64,000 nucleotides of DNA from Chthonomonadaceae bacterium (lineage in GTDB: Bacteria > Armatimonadota > Chthonomonadetes > Chthonomonadales > Chthonomonadaceae). Both the position numbers and the translations under genes were made by a program. Positions 40,594 to 50,736 of this stretch are shown piece after piece; position 1 is the first letter of the stretch, and each line of letters begins with the position of its first letter. Below the pieces are notes generated by a model. It saw only the letters and a program-made list of their open reading frames with translations, searched no databases and was not told the origin of the DNA. The DNA lies in NCBI GenBank assembly GCA_035650735.1, contig DASRGZ010000119.1, positions 1-64,000 of the forward strand, in the 5' to 3' direction.

Positions 40594-42273
40594 ATGGCCT
40601 TCAGCTTCGACCTTTGGGAGGACGCTGCGTCGTCTACAGACCGGATGCCCGCGGTGCTGGCCCGCTACCAGGCCGACCGGGAGAGCCTGGATCGCCTCTA
40701 CGCGGCTCCCTACTCGCCGCGCCGCCGCGAACGATATCGCACCTTCTTTGCCGCTTGGCAGGAGATACTAAACGCGCTCCCCTTCGACGAGCTCTCCCGC
40801 AGTGACCGCGCGGACTGGCTCCTCTTCCGTAATCTGCTGGAACGGGAGCGGCGGCGCCTGGATCGGCAGGCACGGCAGTTTGCCGAGATAGAGCCGCTGT
40901 TGCCCTTCGCCCTGGACCTCATCGCGCTGGAAGAGGAGCGGCGGCGGATGGAGGACGCGCAGGCCGACGCCATCGCCGAGCGGCTGCACCGCGCCCAGGA
41001 GAAGGTTCGGGCGATGCGCGCGGCTTTGGAAGCCCAACGTAACAAGGACGAGCCGGACACGTCGCAACGGCCGACGGTCGCCAACCGCGCGGCGGAGACT
41101 CTTGACCGCCTTCGCAAGATGCTGGAGGAGTGGTTCGGCTTCTACAATGGGTACGATCCCTTGTTTACCTGGTGGGTGGAAAAGCCCTATCAGGCGCTAA
41201 TGCAGTCCTTACAGGAGTACGCCGGTTTTCTGCGCAAAGAGCTGGCCGGAGCCGAGGACGAAGACGCCATTATCGGCGACCCAATAGGCCGGGAGGCGCT
41301 GCTGGAAGAGCTGGAACACGCGCTCATTCCCTACACGCCGGAGGAGCTGATTGCCCTGGCCGGGCGGGAGCAGGATTGGTGCCTGGCGGAGTTGCGCCGG
41401 GCGGCGGAGGAGATGGGGCATGGCGAGGACTGGCGCGCGGCGCTGGAGCAGGTCAAGGCCGATCACGTCGCGCCGGGCGCGCAGCCTGCGCTCGTGCGGG
41501 ACCTGGCCCGCGAAGCCATCGCCTTTGTCACCGCGCAGGACCTGGTGACGGTCCCGCCGCTGGCCGAGGAATGCTGGCGTATGGAGATGATGGCCCCGGA
41601 GAAGCAGAAGGTGAACCCCTTCTTCCTGGGCGGCGAGACGATCACCGTCTCCTTCCCAACGAACGTGATGGAGCACCCGCAGAAGCGCATGAGCCTGCGC
41701 GGCAACAACCGGCACTTCGCGCGAGCGACCGTCCAGCACGAGCTGATCCCCGGCCACTACATGCAGCAGTTCTCTCAGGAGCGCTGGCGTCCCTACCGCC
41801 GCATCTTCTTTACGCCGTTCTGGACCGAGGGCTGGACGCTGCACTGGGAGATGCTGCTCTGGGACCTGGGCTTTCCCCGCACGCCGCAGGAGCGGATCGG
41901 GATGCTGTTCTGGCGGCTGCACCGCTGCGCGCGGGTTGTGTTCTCGCTGGGCTTCCACCTGGGCCAGGTGTCGCCGCAAGAGTGCGTGGAGATGCTGGTC
42001 AATGAGGTAGGGCACGAGCGCGAGAATGCCGTTGCGGAGGTGCGCCGCTCCTTCGGCGGCGACTACGACCCGCTCTATCAGTGCGCCTACCTGATCGGGG
42101 GCTTGCAGGTGCGCGCGCTCTATCGCGAACTGGTCGGTTCGGGGCAGAGGACGCCGCGGGCGTTCCACGATGCCTTCCTGCGGGAGAACTGTATGCCCAT
42201 CGCCGTGCTGCGCGCGCTGCTGGCCGATCTCCCGCTGGAGCGCGATTTCCGGGGCGATTGGCGCTTCGCTTGA
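40594..42273 (+). CDS. DUF885 family protein
   Basis: HELIPGHY, TEGW, LHRCARVV, AYLIGG. Confidence 0.85.
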   Translation: MAFSFDLWEDAASSTDRMPAVLARYQADRESLDRLYAAPYSPRRRERYRTFFAAWQEILNALPFDELSRSDRADWLLFRNLLERERRRLDRQARQFAEIEPLLPFALDLIALEEERRRMEDAQADAIAERLHRAQEKVRAMRAALEAQRNKDEPDTSQRPTVANRAAETLDRLRKMLEEWFGFYNGYDPLFTWWVEKPYQALMQSLQEYAGFLRKELAGAEDEDAIIGDPIGREALLEELEHALIPYTPEELIALAGREQDWCLAELRRAAEEMGHGEDWRAALEQVKADHVAPGAQPALVRDLAREAIAFVTAQDLVTVPPLAEECWRMEMMAPEKQKVNPFFLGGETITVSFPTNVMEHPQKRMSLRGNNRHFARATVQHELIPGHYMQQFSQERWRPYRRIFFTPFWTEGWTLHWEMLLWDLGFPRTPQERIGMLFWRLHRCARVVFSLGFHLGQVSPQECVEMLVNEVGHERENAVAEVRRSFGGDYDPLYQCAYLIGGLQVRALYRELVGSGQRTPRAFHDAFLRENCMPIAVLRALLADLPLERDFRGDWRFA

Positions 42274-42432
42274 GGTTCGCCTTTGACGACCAACGGGACG
42301 GAATTTAGAGCACCTAACACAAGCGCTCTCCCTCTGCCTTGCAGGGAGAGGGCTGGGGTGAGGGGAGAGCTTCACAGCCAGGGGTTGTTAGGAACTCTAA
42401 GCCTGGAAGCCAAGCCAGACGGTGAAATGCAA

Positions 42433-42465
42433 CAGGCCGGAACGCATCCTGTGCGTTCCGGCCTG
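42433..42465. terminator. stem-loop between convergent genes, likely terminator of the RRM gene
   Basis: 14-bp stem CAGGCCGGAACGCA/TGCGTTCCGGCCTG. Confidence 0.7.
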
Positions 42466-42492
42466 GTTGGAGGTTACAACGAGAGCGAAAGC

Positions 42493-42846
42493 TTACCAGC
42501 GACCGCCGCTGTTGTTGCCGCCGAAGCTGAAGCCGCCGCGTTCGTCACGCTCACGGCGTCCGCCGCTATAGCCGCCGTTGTTGCGCTGCGGACGCGCCTC
42601 GCGCGGCTTGGCCTCGTTGACCGTCAGCGTACGCCCGCCGTACTTGGTGCCGTTGAGGGCGCTGATGGCCGCATCGGCCTCCTCATCGTTCTCCATCTCC
42701 ACAAAGCCAAAGCCTTTGGCCTGGCCGGTGAAGCGGTCGGTGATGATCACCGCGTCCTTGACGGCGCCCTGCGCGGAGAACAGGTTCTCTAGGTCCTCCT
42801 CGGTGGCCGAGTAGGGCAGTCCTCCCACGTAGATCCGTTTTGCCAT
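42493..42846 (-). CDS. RRM (RNP-1) RNA-binding protein with Gly/Arg-rich tail
   Basis: IYVGGL (RNP2), KGFGFVEM (RNP1), VNEAKPR; AAGGAG RBS. Confidence 0.95.
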   Translation of the reverse strand: MAKRIYVGGLPYSATEEDLENLFSAQGAVKDAVIITDRFTGQAKGFGFVEMENDEEADAAISALNGTKYGGRTLTVNEAKPREARPQRNNGGYSGGRRERDERGGFSFGGNNSGGRW

Positions 42847-43037
42847 TGTTTCCGTACTCCTTGACAGATGCAATCCAAAACGCGAGGCCCACTTGCCTCG
42901 CCGATTCGATTCACGTCTTTATCGAAGCGGAGCGGAAACACGCCAAACACGGGGGAGGGGTCCGACCAAACCGGCACAACCATCGACTCGCGCGCGCACC
43001 ATTTCGCCCGTTCTTCAATCCGTGAAACCGATGCCTC

Positions 43038-43066
43038 AGTATACAGGTACTCGGTATAGCTGTCAA
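43038..43066 (-). promoter_or_regulatory. sigma70 promoter of the RRM gene
   Basis: TTGACA-N17-TATACT. Confidence 0.8.
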
Positions 43067-43277
43067 GGAGCAAATCTCGTTTTTGGAACAAAAATTTGGG
43101 TTTTTGTTGCCACAAGCCTTTTGCTTGCGCCTGGCAGGACTATCGGCGCTTGTTTCAGCCTGCGAAACCGTATGATATACTATGATCAAGCCCTCCCGCA
43201 GGCTGGGAGTCAAGTTGTTATAAAAGTGAATGCCGCGCCTGCGGTTCAGCGGTTCAGTAGTATGAAGGAGCCTTCGG

Positions 43278-46250
43278 ATGCCATCTTACCCGGACGAACC
43301 GGTTATCATTATCTCGGACGAGAACGTCGAGCCGCCGCGCCCGCCGCGCCTGGGCCGCTGGACGGTTGCCGCCGCGCTGCTCTTTCTCGCCTTTCTCCTG
43401 ATCCATAACGGCGTGCCGCTCTATACGGACTGGCTCTGGTTCGGCGAGGTCGGGTACCGCAACGTCTTCACCACGACCGTTCTGGCCAAAACCCTGCTCT
43501 TTTGCGTCTTCGGCGCGCTGTTCTTCGCTCTGTTCTATCTCAACATCCGCTACGCCCGCCGCCTGGCGCCCGCCGAGGCCGACCGCTTCCTGATGCAGAG
43601 CTTCGGGCCGCAGTGGGGGCCGTCCATCGGGCGGGGCATCGGCTGGATCCTGGCCGCCGTTGGCGTTTTCTTCAGCCTCTGGGCCGGGCGGATGGCCGCC
43701 GAGTACTGGATGCACTGGCTCCAGTTCCTTCACTGGACGCCCTTCCACGTCGCCGACCCCGTCTTCGGCAAGGACGTCGGCTTCTACGTCTTCCGGCTGC
43801 CGTTTATCAACTTCGTCTGGCAGTTCGTCTTCTATACGCTGCTCCTCACCACCCTCGCCGTCGTCGTCATTCACTGGGCCGACCGCGCCATCGACTCGTT
43901 TGCGGGCCTGCCCAACGTCGCGCCGGGCGTGCGCGCGCAGCTGCTCTTGCTGGGCGCGGCACTGACGGCGGTCGGGGCGGTCGGCTGCCGCCTGAGCGCC
44001 TACGACCTGCTGACCGCAAGCAACGGCATCTTCACCGGCGCCGGCTATACCGACCTGCACTACCGCCTCTTCGCCCTCAACGCGCAGGCCCTCCTGCTCG
44101 GCCTGACGGCGGTGGCCTGCCTGGTCGCCATCCGAAAGGGGAGCAGCTTGCGCTGGCCGCTACTCGGAGTGGGGGCCTGGTTTGCAGCGCTCGTGATCCT
44201 GGGCGGCATCGTGCCGGCCATCGTCGAAAAGGTCTACGTCGAGCCCAACCAGTTCACGGCGGAGCAGCCCTATATCGCGCGCAACATCCAGTACACGCGC
44301 CAGGGCTTCGGTCTCGACAGCGTGCGCGTGGCTACCTTCCCCGCCGACGAGAGCCTCAACGGGGCCGGCCTCAGCGCCAACCGCGACACCCTGGAGAACG
44401 TGCGCCTCTGGGACTATCCCTTCCTGAGCACCATCTACTCCCAGCTCCAGACCGTTCAGAACTACTACAAGTTCCAGCAGGACACCCTCGACGGCGGCAC
44501 GGCCCACAACATAGATATTGACCGCTACGCCCTCGGAGGACGGCCCCGGCAGGTGATGCTGGCCGCGCGCGAGCTCGACCCGCACGGCCTCTCGCCTGCC
44601 GCGCAGACCTGGCAGAACCTCCGCCTGGCCTACACGCACGGCTACGGCCTGGTGATGAGTCCCGTCAACAAGGTCGTGGAGGGCGGCCCGGACTACTTTA
44701 TCCAGGGCATTCCGCCGGTCATCGCTCCAGAAGCGAGCGGCCTGAAACTCGCCCAGCCCGACATCTACTACGGCCAGCTTGCCAACGAATACGCCTTTGT
44801 GGATACGGAGGTCAAGGAGTTCGACTATCCCTCCACGAGCGGCAACGGTCAGGGCGACGGGCAGGGCCGCTATACCCATTACCAGGGGCGCGGCGGCATT
44901 CGCATCGGCGATGCTCCGCTGGCCAAGCTGGCCTTCAGCCTGCGCCTGGGCGATACCAACGTGCTGCTGGCGCGCGGGTTCAAGCCGAGCACGCGCGTGC
45001 TGTTCCGCCGCGACATCCGTGAGCGCGTCCAGACCGTCGCGCCCTTCCTGCAGCAGGACGGCGATCCCTATCTGGTGGTCAATCCCGACGATGGGCGATT
45101 GGTCTGGATCATAGACGGCTACACGCTCTCCGACCGCTATCCCTACTCTACGCCGGTTACGATGGAGATCAACCCGGTCGTCTCCGAGTCGCCCAACTAT
45201 ATCCGCAACAGCATCAAGGCGACGGTGGACGCCTACGATGGTACCGTCAACCTCTATCTCGCCGATCCGCGCGATCCCCTGGCGCAGACCTACGCCAAGA
45301 TCTTCCCCGGTCTGATCAAGCCGCTCTCCGCGATGCCCTCAGGATTGCACGCCCACCTCCGCTACCCGGAAGACCTATTCCGCATCCAGCGCTCGATTTA
45401 TGCGACCTACCACGTGGACGACCCGCGCGTGTTCTATCTGCGGGAAGATGCCTGGGCCATTCCGGTAGAACCGAACACAGAGCGGGAGGCGGCTGCCCCT
45501 GGCGGCGCATCACGCGGCGCGCAGATGGAGCCTTACTACGTCATTATGCGGCTGCCGGAAGGCACGGACGGGCCGGGAACCGGCGACCTGAAGGAAGAGT
45601 TTCTGCTCATGAGTCCGCTTGCCCCGATCAACCGGGAGAGCCAGAACATCCTCGGCTGGATGGCCGCCCGCTGTGACGGCGACCACTACGGCCAGTTAGT
45701 GCTCTATCGCTTCCCGCAGACGGCCTCGGTCAACGGGCCGTCCCAGGTCGTCGCCCTCATCAACAGCGATCCGGTTATCTCCTCGCAGCTCTCGCTGCTG
45801 CGCTCCGGAGGCTCGGCGGCCACCTTCGGCAATCTGCTGGTCATTCCCATAGATCGCTCTCTGCTCTACGTGGCGCCCCTCTACGTCGAAGCCACCAACG
45901 CCGCCAGCAAATTGCCCCAACTCCAAAAGGTCGTGGTCGCCTTCGGACAGCGGGTGGCGATGGCTAACTCGCTGGACGAGGCCCTGGCCGCCCTCTTCCC
46001 CGACTACAAGGTCGCCAACGCCCCGACCGCCCCGCCACAGCCGCAGCCGGGCACGCCGCCCAAACCCGCGCCGTCTGGTCCGCCGTCCGCCATGCCGCCT
46101 GCCGTCCGCGCCCTCATCGAACGGGCTGCCGCGCAGTACGACGCCGCCCAACAAAAACTAAAGGCGGGCGACTTTGCCGGCTATGGGGCCGCAACGCAGC
46201 AGCTTAAGGCCACGCTTGACCAACTGCGCCGCGAAGCGGGAGGCAGGTAG
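43278..46250 (+). CDS. UPF0182 family membrane protein
   Basis: YTDWLWFGEVGY, DPVFGKDVGFYVF, NVRLWD, YTHGYG, YIRNSIKATVDAYDG, GNLLVIP. Confidence 0.92.
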   Translation: MPSYPDEPVIIISDENVEPPRPPRLGRWTVAAALLFLAFLLIHNGVPLYTDWLWFGEVGYRNVFTTTVLAKTLLFCVFGALFFALFYLNIRYARRLAPAEADRFLMQSFGPQWGPSIGRGIGWILAAVGVFFSLWAGRMAAEYWMHWLQFLHWTPFHVADPVFGKDVGFYVFRLPFINFVWQFVFYTLLLTTLAVVVIHWADRAIDSFAGLPNVAPGVRAQLLLLGAALTAVGAVGCRLSAYDLLTASNGIFTGAGYTDLHYRLFALNAQALLLGLTAVACLVAIRKGSSLRWPLLGVGAWFAALVILGGIVPAIVEKVYVEPNQFTAEQPYIARNIQYTRQGFGLDSVRVATFPADESLNGAGLSANRDTLENVRLWDYPFLSTIYSQLQTVQNYYKFQQDTLDGGTAHNIDIDRYALGGRPRQVMLAARELDPHGLSPAAQTWQNLRLAYTHGYGLVMSPVNKVVEGGPDYFIQGIPPVIAPEASGLKLAQPDIYYGQLANEYAFVDTEVKEFDYPSTSGNGQGDGQGRYTHYQGRGGIRIGDAPLAKLAFSLRLGDTNVLLARGFKPSTRVLFRRDIRERVQTVAPFLQQDGDPYLVVNPDDGRLVWIIDGYTLSDRYPYSTPVTMEINPVVSESPNYIRNSIKATVDAYDGTVNLYLADPRDPLAQTYAKIFPGLIKPLSAMPSGLHAHLRYPEDLFRIQRSIYATYHVDDPRVFYLREDAWAIPVEPNTEREAAAPGGASRGAQMEPYYVIMRLPEGTDGPGTGDLKEEFLLMSPLAPINRESQNILGWMAARCDGDHYGQLVLYRFPQTASVNGPSQVVALINSDPVISSQLSLLRSGGSAATFGNLLVIPIDRSLLYVAPLYVEATNAASKLPQLQKVVVAFGQRVAMANSLDEALAALFPDYKVANAPTAPPQPQPGTPPKPAPSGPPSAMPPAVRALIERAAAQYDAAQQKLKAGDFAGYGAATQQLKATLDQLRREAGGR

Positions 46251-46271
46251 CCGGAGATGTTCTAAAATACC

Positions 46272-46300
46272 CTGAGCCACCTCCGTATTCTTGCCGATAA
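46272..46300 (+). promoter_or_regulatory. possible sigma28 (FliA/SigD) promoter of flhF
   Basis: Exact GCCGATAA -10; weak CTGAG -35 at 16-nt spacing. Confidence 0.5.
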
Positions 46301-46507
46301 TCACCAGAGAAGCTCTATTTCTGGCAGTAAAGCACCCATGCGCTGTAAGTTCGTAGTTCTCCCAGAGGGGGAATCTACGCAGCGGCTCTGAGCGCTTGCT
46401 TAACTACACTGCCCTGTATCCAGTCGCGCTCTTCCGGTTAGTTCCACCCCTTGCGATAAAAGACGGCGCGCAGCACACCATTTCCATTTGGCGGAGGCTC
46501 AGGCACG

Positions 46508-47965
46508 ATGCAAATCAAAGAGTACGAGGCGTTCACCCTGAAGGACTGCTTGCAGCAGGTACGCAGCGACCTGGGACCGGAAGCGGTTATCCTGGAGACG
46601 CGCAAGTTCCGCAAGGGCGGCTTGCTGGGGTGGGGAGCCCGCGACGCCGTTTGCATCGTGGCGGCTACCGGAATCACCGTCCAGAACGATCTGCCCAGCG
46701 GGCGCTCCGGGCAGGCAGCGCAGCCGACGGCGGACACGCCCGCGCGGGCTTCGGATGCTAAGCGGCCAGCCAGCGCGCCGAAAACGGCAGCGACCGCCTC
46801 GCAGGCCGCTGCGGTGGCGGCGGCGCGCGCGGCCTTCTCGCGTTCTGCGGCTGGCAACACTTCTCACCGGATTGAGCGGCCTGCCGCCGCTGCACCTGCT
46901 GCTAGGAGCGCGGCGAAGGAAGATAGCCAGGCGAGCGCCGTTCCCGGTCCTGCCCCCAAAAATGCCGTTGTCGCGCCGGGGCGCACAGAGAGCGGAGGAG
47001 AGGCCGAGCGCTTCGCGCATCTGGAGCGCTATATGCGCGAGATCAAGGAGAGCTTGACCGCGCTTCAACGGGAGCAGCGGGAGGGGCAGGAGCGCACCGT
47101 CACGGCGGTCGTCTCCGCCGTCGCCCCGGCAGTTTCGGCGGCCACCAGCCGCACAAGCCTCCTGGATGCAGAAGAGATTGCCGAGGCTCGTTTCCCTGAG
47201 CTGTACCAACGGCTGGTAGAGGCCGGCGTCTCCGAGGCGCTGGCAAGCGACCTGCTGGATTCGCTGCCCGACTTCTCCGCCTGGAGCCCGCAGGCCCAGC
47301 AGCCGATGGCCGAGTCGGCCCTGCGCGACCTCATCGCCCATCGCGTCGCCAGCGCCGGCCCCATCGCCCTGACGCCGGGGCAGCTCAAGGCGGTCGCGCT
47401 CATCGGGCCGACGGGCGTGGGCAAGACAACCACCATCGCCAAGCTCGCCGCCCACTTTTCGCTGGTGGAGCGCAAGCGCGTCGCCCTGCTGACGGTGGAT
47501 ACCTACCGCATCGCCGCCGTCGAGCAGCTTAAGACCTACAGCCAGATCATTGATATTCCTATCTCCGTCGCCTACAGCCAGGCGGAGGTGCTGCCGGCGG
47601 TGGCCCAGTACGCCGACCACGACCTGCTGCTGATTGATACGGCGGGCCGCAGCCAGCGCAATATGATGCAGGTAGGCGAATTGAAGACGCTGCTGGAGGC
47701 GGTCAACTGCGAGACGCATCTGGTGCTCTCGGCCCCGGTCAAGGAGCGGGACATGCTGGACGCCGCCCAGCGGTTCTCGGCGGCGCGCGTGGATCGGCTG
47801 CTGTTCAGCAAATTGGACGAGACCAGCACCTACGGCACGCTGCTGAATGTCGCCGACCGCACGGGTATCCCGCTCTCCTACCTGACGACCGGCCAGAAGG
47901 TGCCGGAGGATATCGAGATCGCCGACGGCAGCAAGCTGGCGAGCCTGCTGCTCAACGGAGCATAA
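46508..47965 (+). CDS. flhF: flagellar biosynthesis SRP-type GTPase FlhF
   Basis: LGPEAVIL N-terminus; GPTGVGKTTTIAKLAA, DTYRIAA, DTAGRS, SKLDET, GQKVPEDI. Confidence 0.95.
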   Translation: MQIKEYEAFTLKDCLQQVRSDLGPEAVILETRKFRKGGLLGWGARDAVCIVAATGITVQNDLPSGRSGQAAQPTADTPARASDAKRPASAPKTAATASQAAAVAAARAAFSRSAAGNTSHRIERPAAAAPAARSAAKEDSQASAVPGPAPKNAVVAPGRTESGGEAERFAHLERYMREIKESLTALQREQREGQERTVTAVVSAVAPAVSAATSRTSLLDAEEIAEARFPELYQRLVEAGVSEALASDLLDSLPDFSAWSPQAQQPMAESALRDLIAHRVASAGPIALTPGQLKAVALIGPTGVGKTTTIAKLAAHFSLVERKRVALLTVDTYRIAAVEQLKTYSQIIDIPISVAYSQAEVLPAVAQYADHDLLLIDTAGRSQRNMMQVGELKTLLEAVNCETHLVLSAPVKERDMLDAAQRFSAARVDRLLFSKLDETSTYGTLLNVADRTGIPLSYLTTGQKVPEDIEIADGSKLASLLLNGA

Positions 47966-48125
47966 ACGAGGGCGGGCGCTGCCTGGAATGGGATAATTCC
48001 TCCTGAGGTGTAGATTCGTCTCCAATCGGCCTTGCAGAAGAGAGGCATCCACACCCCTTGAGCAGGACGACAGCCCGTTTTGGCCCCCGTGCGAAAATCC
48101 AGGCATTTTTGCGCCCCGTAACCCC

Positions 48126-48154
48126 TTGACAGATCGATCCAAGCGGATTATACT
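48126..48154 (+). promoter_or_regulatory. sigma70 promoter of ispH
   Basis: TTGACA-N17-TATACT. Confidence 0.8.
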
Positions 48155-48259
48155 CTAGACACAAAGAACTTTGTTATACAAAGCGCTTTGTGTCTTGCGT
48201 TTTTATTCGGTACACAACATCTTGACTTGCCCTGGGAAAGTTTATCAGGAGAGAAAGCC

Positions 48260-49267
48260 GTGAAAGACGCTCCAACTACGCCGCCAACCGGCGGGAGCAC
48301 GCCGCCAGAAGAGCCGCGCGCATCCGAAGAGTCAGAAGAGATAGCACTAGAAGACGCTGCAACGGCGGGAACGCCGCGCTCCAAACGCCGTATCGTCTTG
48401 GCCGAGGTGGCCGGGTTCTGCTTCGGGGTAAAGCGGGCTGTGGAGTTGACGGAGACGGCACGGCGGGAGCGCTCCGGCAAATTAACGACGCTGGGCCCTC
48501 TCGTCCACAACGAGCAGGTTATCGCCAAAATGCAGGCCGAAGGGATTGAGACCGTTCCCTCGCTGGATCGGATCGCCGAGGGCACGGTGGTGCTATCGGC
48601 GCACGGCGTGGCCCCGACTGTCACGGCACAGGCGAAGGCGCAAGGGCTGTATGTGGTGGATGTCACCTGCCCGTTCGTAACCAAAGTGCATCGCATGGCC
48701 AGACAACTCCACGAGCAGGGCTATCAGGTATTGATCGTCGGCGATGAGGGCCATACGGAGGTCAAGGGAACGCTCGGCGTCGTGGAGGCGCTTGGCGGGA
48801 CAGCGACCGTCGTATCGTCGCCGGAGACGGTGGGCGAGCTGAAGCTGAGCAAGAAGGTGGGCGTCGTTTCGCAGACGACGCAGCGCGCTGCCAACTTCGT
48901 CGCCGTCGTGGCCGAGGTCTGCAAGGTCGCGACGGATGTGCGGGCCATCAATACCATCTGTTACGCCACCGATGAGCTACAGGAGGCTGCCGTGCGGCTG
49001 GCCCATCAGGTGCAGGTGGTGATCGTCATCGGCGGCAAGAAGAGTGCCAATACCCGCCGCCTGCGCCAACTCTGCGAGGAGCAGGGCGTTCCGGCCTACC
49101 ATATCGAGACGGCGGCCGAGATCGAGGAGGCATGGCTGGAGGGCAAGGAGGTCATCGGCCTCACCGCCGGAGCCTCCACGCCGGACTGGATCATTGAGGA
49201 GGTAGCCTGTCATCTTAACGGCGGCCATCTCCCGGAGGACTGGCGGCTGCATCACCCAGAGGTATAA
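48260..49267 (+). CDS. ispH: 4-hydroxy-3-methylbut-2-enyl diphosphate reductase
   Basis: GFCFGVKRA, LVHN, SAHG, TCPFV, TICYAT, SANT, TAGASTP. Confidence 0.95.
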   Translation: MKDAPTTPPTGGSTPPEEPRASEESEEIALEDAATAGTPRSKRRIVLAEVAGFCFGVKRAVELTETARRERSGKLTTLGPLVHNEQVIAKMQAEGIETVPSLDRIAEGTVVLSAHGVAPTVTAQAKAQGLYVVDVTCPFVTKVHRMARQLHEQGYQVLIVGDEGHTEVKGTLGVVEALGGTATVVSSPETVGELKLSKKVGVVSQTTQRAANFVAVVAEVCKVATDVRAINTICYATDELQEAAVRLAHQVQVVIVIGGKKSANTRRLRQLCEEQGVPAYHIETAAEIEEAWLEGKEVIGLTAGASTPDWIIEEVACHLNGGHLPEDWRLHHPEV

Positions 49268-49487
49268 GGTGCCTGCCTCACCCCTCAGATCTGAATCTGT
49301 CCCTTTCAGACGCAAGGCCGCATGCCCACACGGGCGGATGTCGGCAGGCATCCGCCATTCTCCCTCCACAAAAATAGCTTCGAGAATAGAACAGCGGGAA
49401 CCATACGCAACTTCCTTCGTAGCAACACTGGATTGCACCTGCGGTGGGCAGATAGCAGTCGCGTATCTGAAATCTACGGAGGGACAG

Positions 49488-50456
49488 ATGCAATACGTCA
49501 ATCTGGGGCGTACGGCCCTCAAAGTCAGCCGACTCTGCCTGGGCACAATGAATTTTGGCCCGCAGACGAGCGAGCAAGATAGCTATACCATCATGGATCG
49601 CGCCCTGGAACTGGGCATCAACTTCTTCGACACGGCCAACGTCTACGGCTGGAAGAAGGGCGAGGGCGTCACCGAGCAGATCGTTGGGCGCTGGTTTGCT
49701 CAGGGCGGCGGACGCCGCGAGAAGGTCGTCATTGCCACGAAAGTCTACGGCGATATGGGCGACTGGCCCAACACCGCGCGCTTGTCGAAGCTGCACATGC
49801 GCCGCGCCCTGGACGATAGCCTCCGCCGCCTGAAGACCGACTTCATTGACCTGTACCAATTTCACCATGTCTGGCGGGAGGCGACCTGGGACGAAATCTG
49901 GGAGTTCTGCGAGTGGGCGGAGCAGCAGGGCAAAGTGCTCTACTTCGGTTCATCCAACTTCGCCGCCTGGCATATCGTTCAGGCCAACGAAGCGGCCCGT
50001 CGTCGTAACTTCCTGGGCCTGATCTCCGAGCAATCCATCTATCACCTGCTCAACCGCAACATCGAGCTGGAGGTGATTCCGGCCTGCCAGGCGTATGGCG
50101 TGGGCATCCTCCCCTGGAGCCCGCTGGCGGGCGGGCTGCTTGGCGGCGTGCTGCAAAAGATCAGTGCAGGGCGGCGCGCTTCCGAGGGCGTCCAGAAGCA
50201 GCTGGAGCAGCACCGCGCCAAGATCGAAGCCTGGGAAAACCTCTGCCGTGAGCTAGGCGAACAGCCCGCCGACGTGGCGCTGGCCTGGATGCTGCAAAAC
50301 CCGGCCATCACCGCGCCCATCATCGGCCCGCGCACGATAGAGCAGTTGGAAGGCGCGCTGCGCGCTCTGGAGATCAAGCTGTCGGACGAGACCAACCAGA
50401 GGCTCAACGAAATCTTCCCAGGCCGCAAGACGGCCCCGGAAGACTACGCCTGGTAA
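49488..50456 (+). CDS. aldo/keto reductase
   Basis: LCLGTMNFG, FFDTANVYG, IATK, DLYQFH, WSPLAGG, PIIGPR. Confidence 0.95.
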   Translation: MQYVNLGRTALKVSRLCLGTMNFGPQTSEQDSYTIMDRALELGINFFDTANVYGWKKGEGVTEQIVGRWFAQGGGRREKVVIATKVYGDMGDWPNTARLSKLHMRRALDDSLRRLKTDFIDLYQFHHVWREATWDEIWEFCEWAEQQGKVLYFGSSNFAAWHIVQANEAARRRNFLGLISEQSIYHLLNRNIELEVIPACQAYGVGILPWSPLAGGLLGGVLQKISAGRRASEGVQKQLEQHRAKIEAWENLCRELGEQPADVALAWMLQNPAITAPIIGPRTIEQLEGALRALEIKLSDETNQRLNEIFPGRKTAPEDYAW

Positions 50457-50463
50457 ATCATTT

Positions 50464-50728
50464 AAACCACCCGCTGCGCTAGAGGCACGGAGACACGGAG
50501 GACACACGGAGAAAAACAGGAGAGAAAGACCAGGAGACAAAGACAAAAGCCTTTGGACAGGATGAACGGGATGAACCGGATTTCCACCACACAGACAAGC
50601 CTGGCTTCTCTGCCTTTGTCTAATCCTGTAAATCTTGTTCATCCTGTCTAAAATCTTGTCTTATTTCTGTCTTTGTCTTTCTCCGTGCCTCCTCCGTGTC
50701 TCCGTGCCTCTAGCGCAGCGGGTGGTTT
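50464..50728. repeat. 265-bp palindromic element with perfect 39-bp arms
   Basis: AAACCACCCGCTGCGCTAGAGGCACGGAGACACGGAGGA and its exact reverse complement; inner ACAGGAT/ATCCTGT repeats. Confidence 0.9.
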
Positions 50729-50736
50729 CATCGGTT

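Noticed and set aside
46310..46505. c-di-GMP riboswitch in the flhF leader
   Set aside because: I could not find the conserved class I or class II motifs by eye
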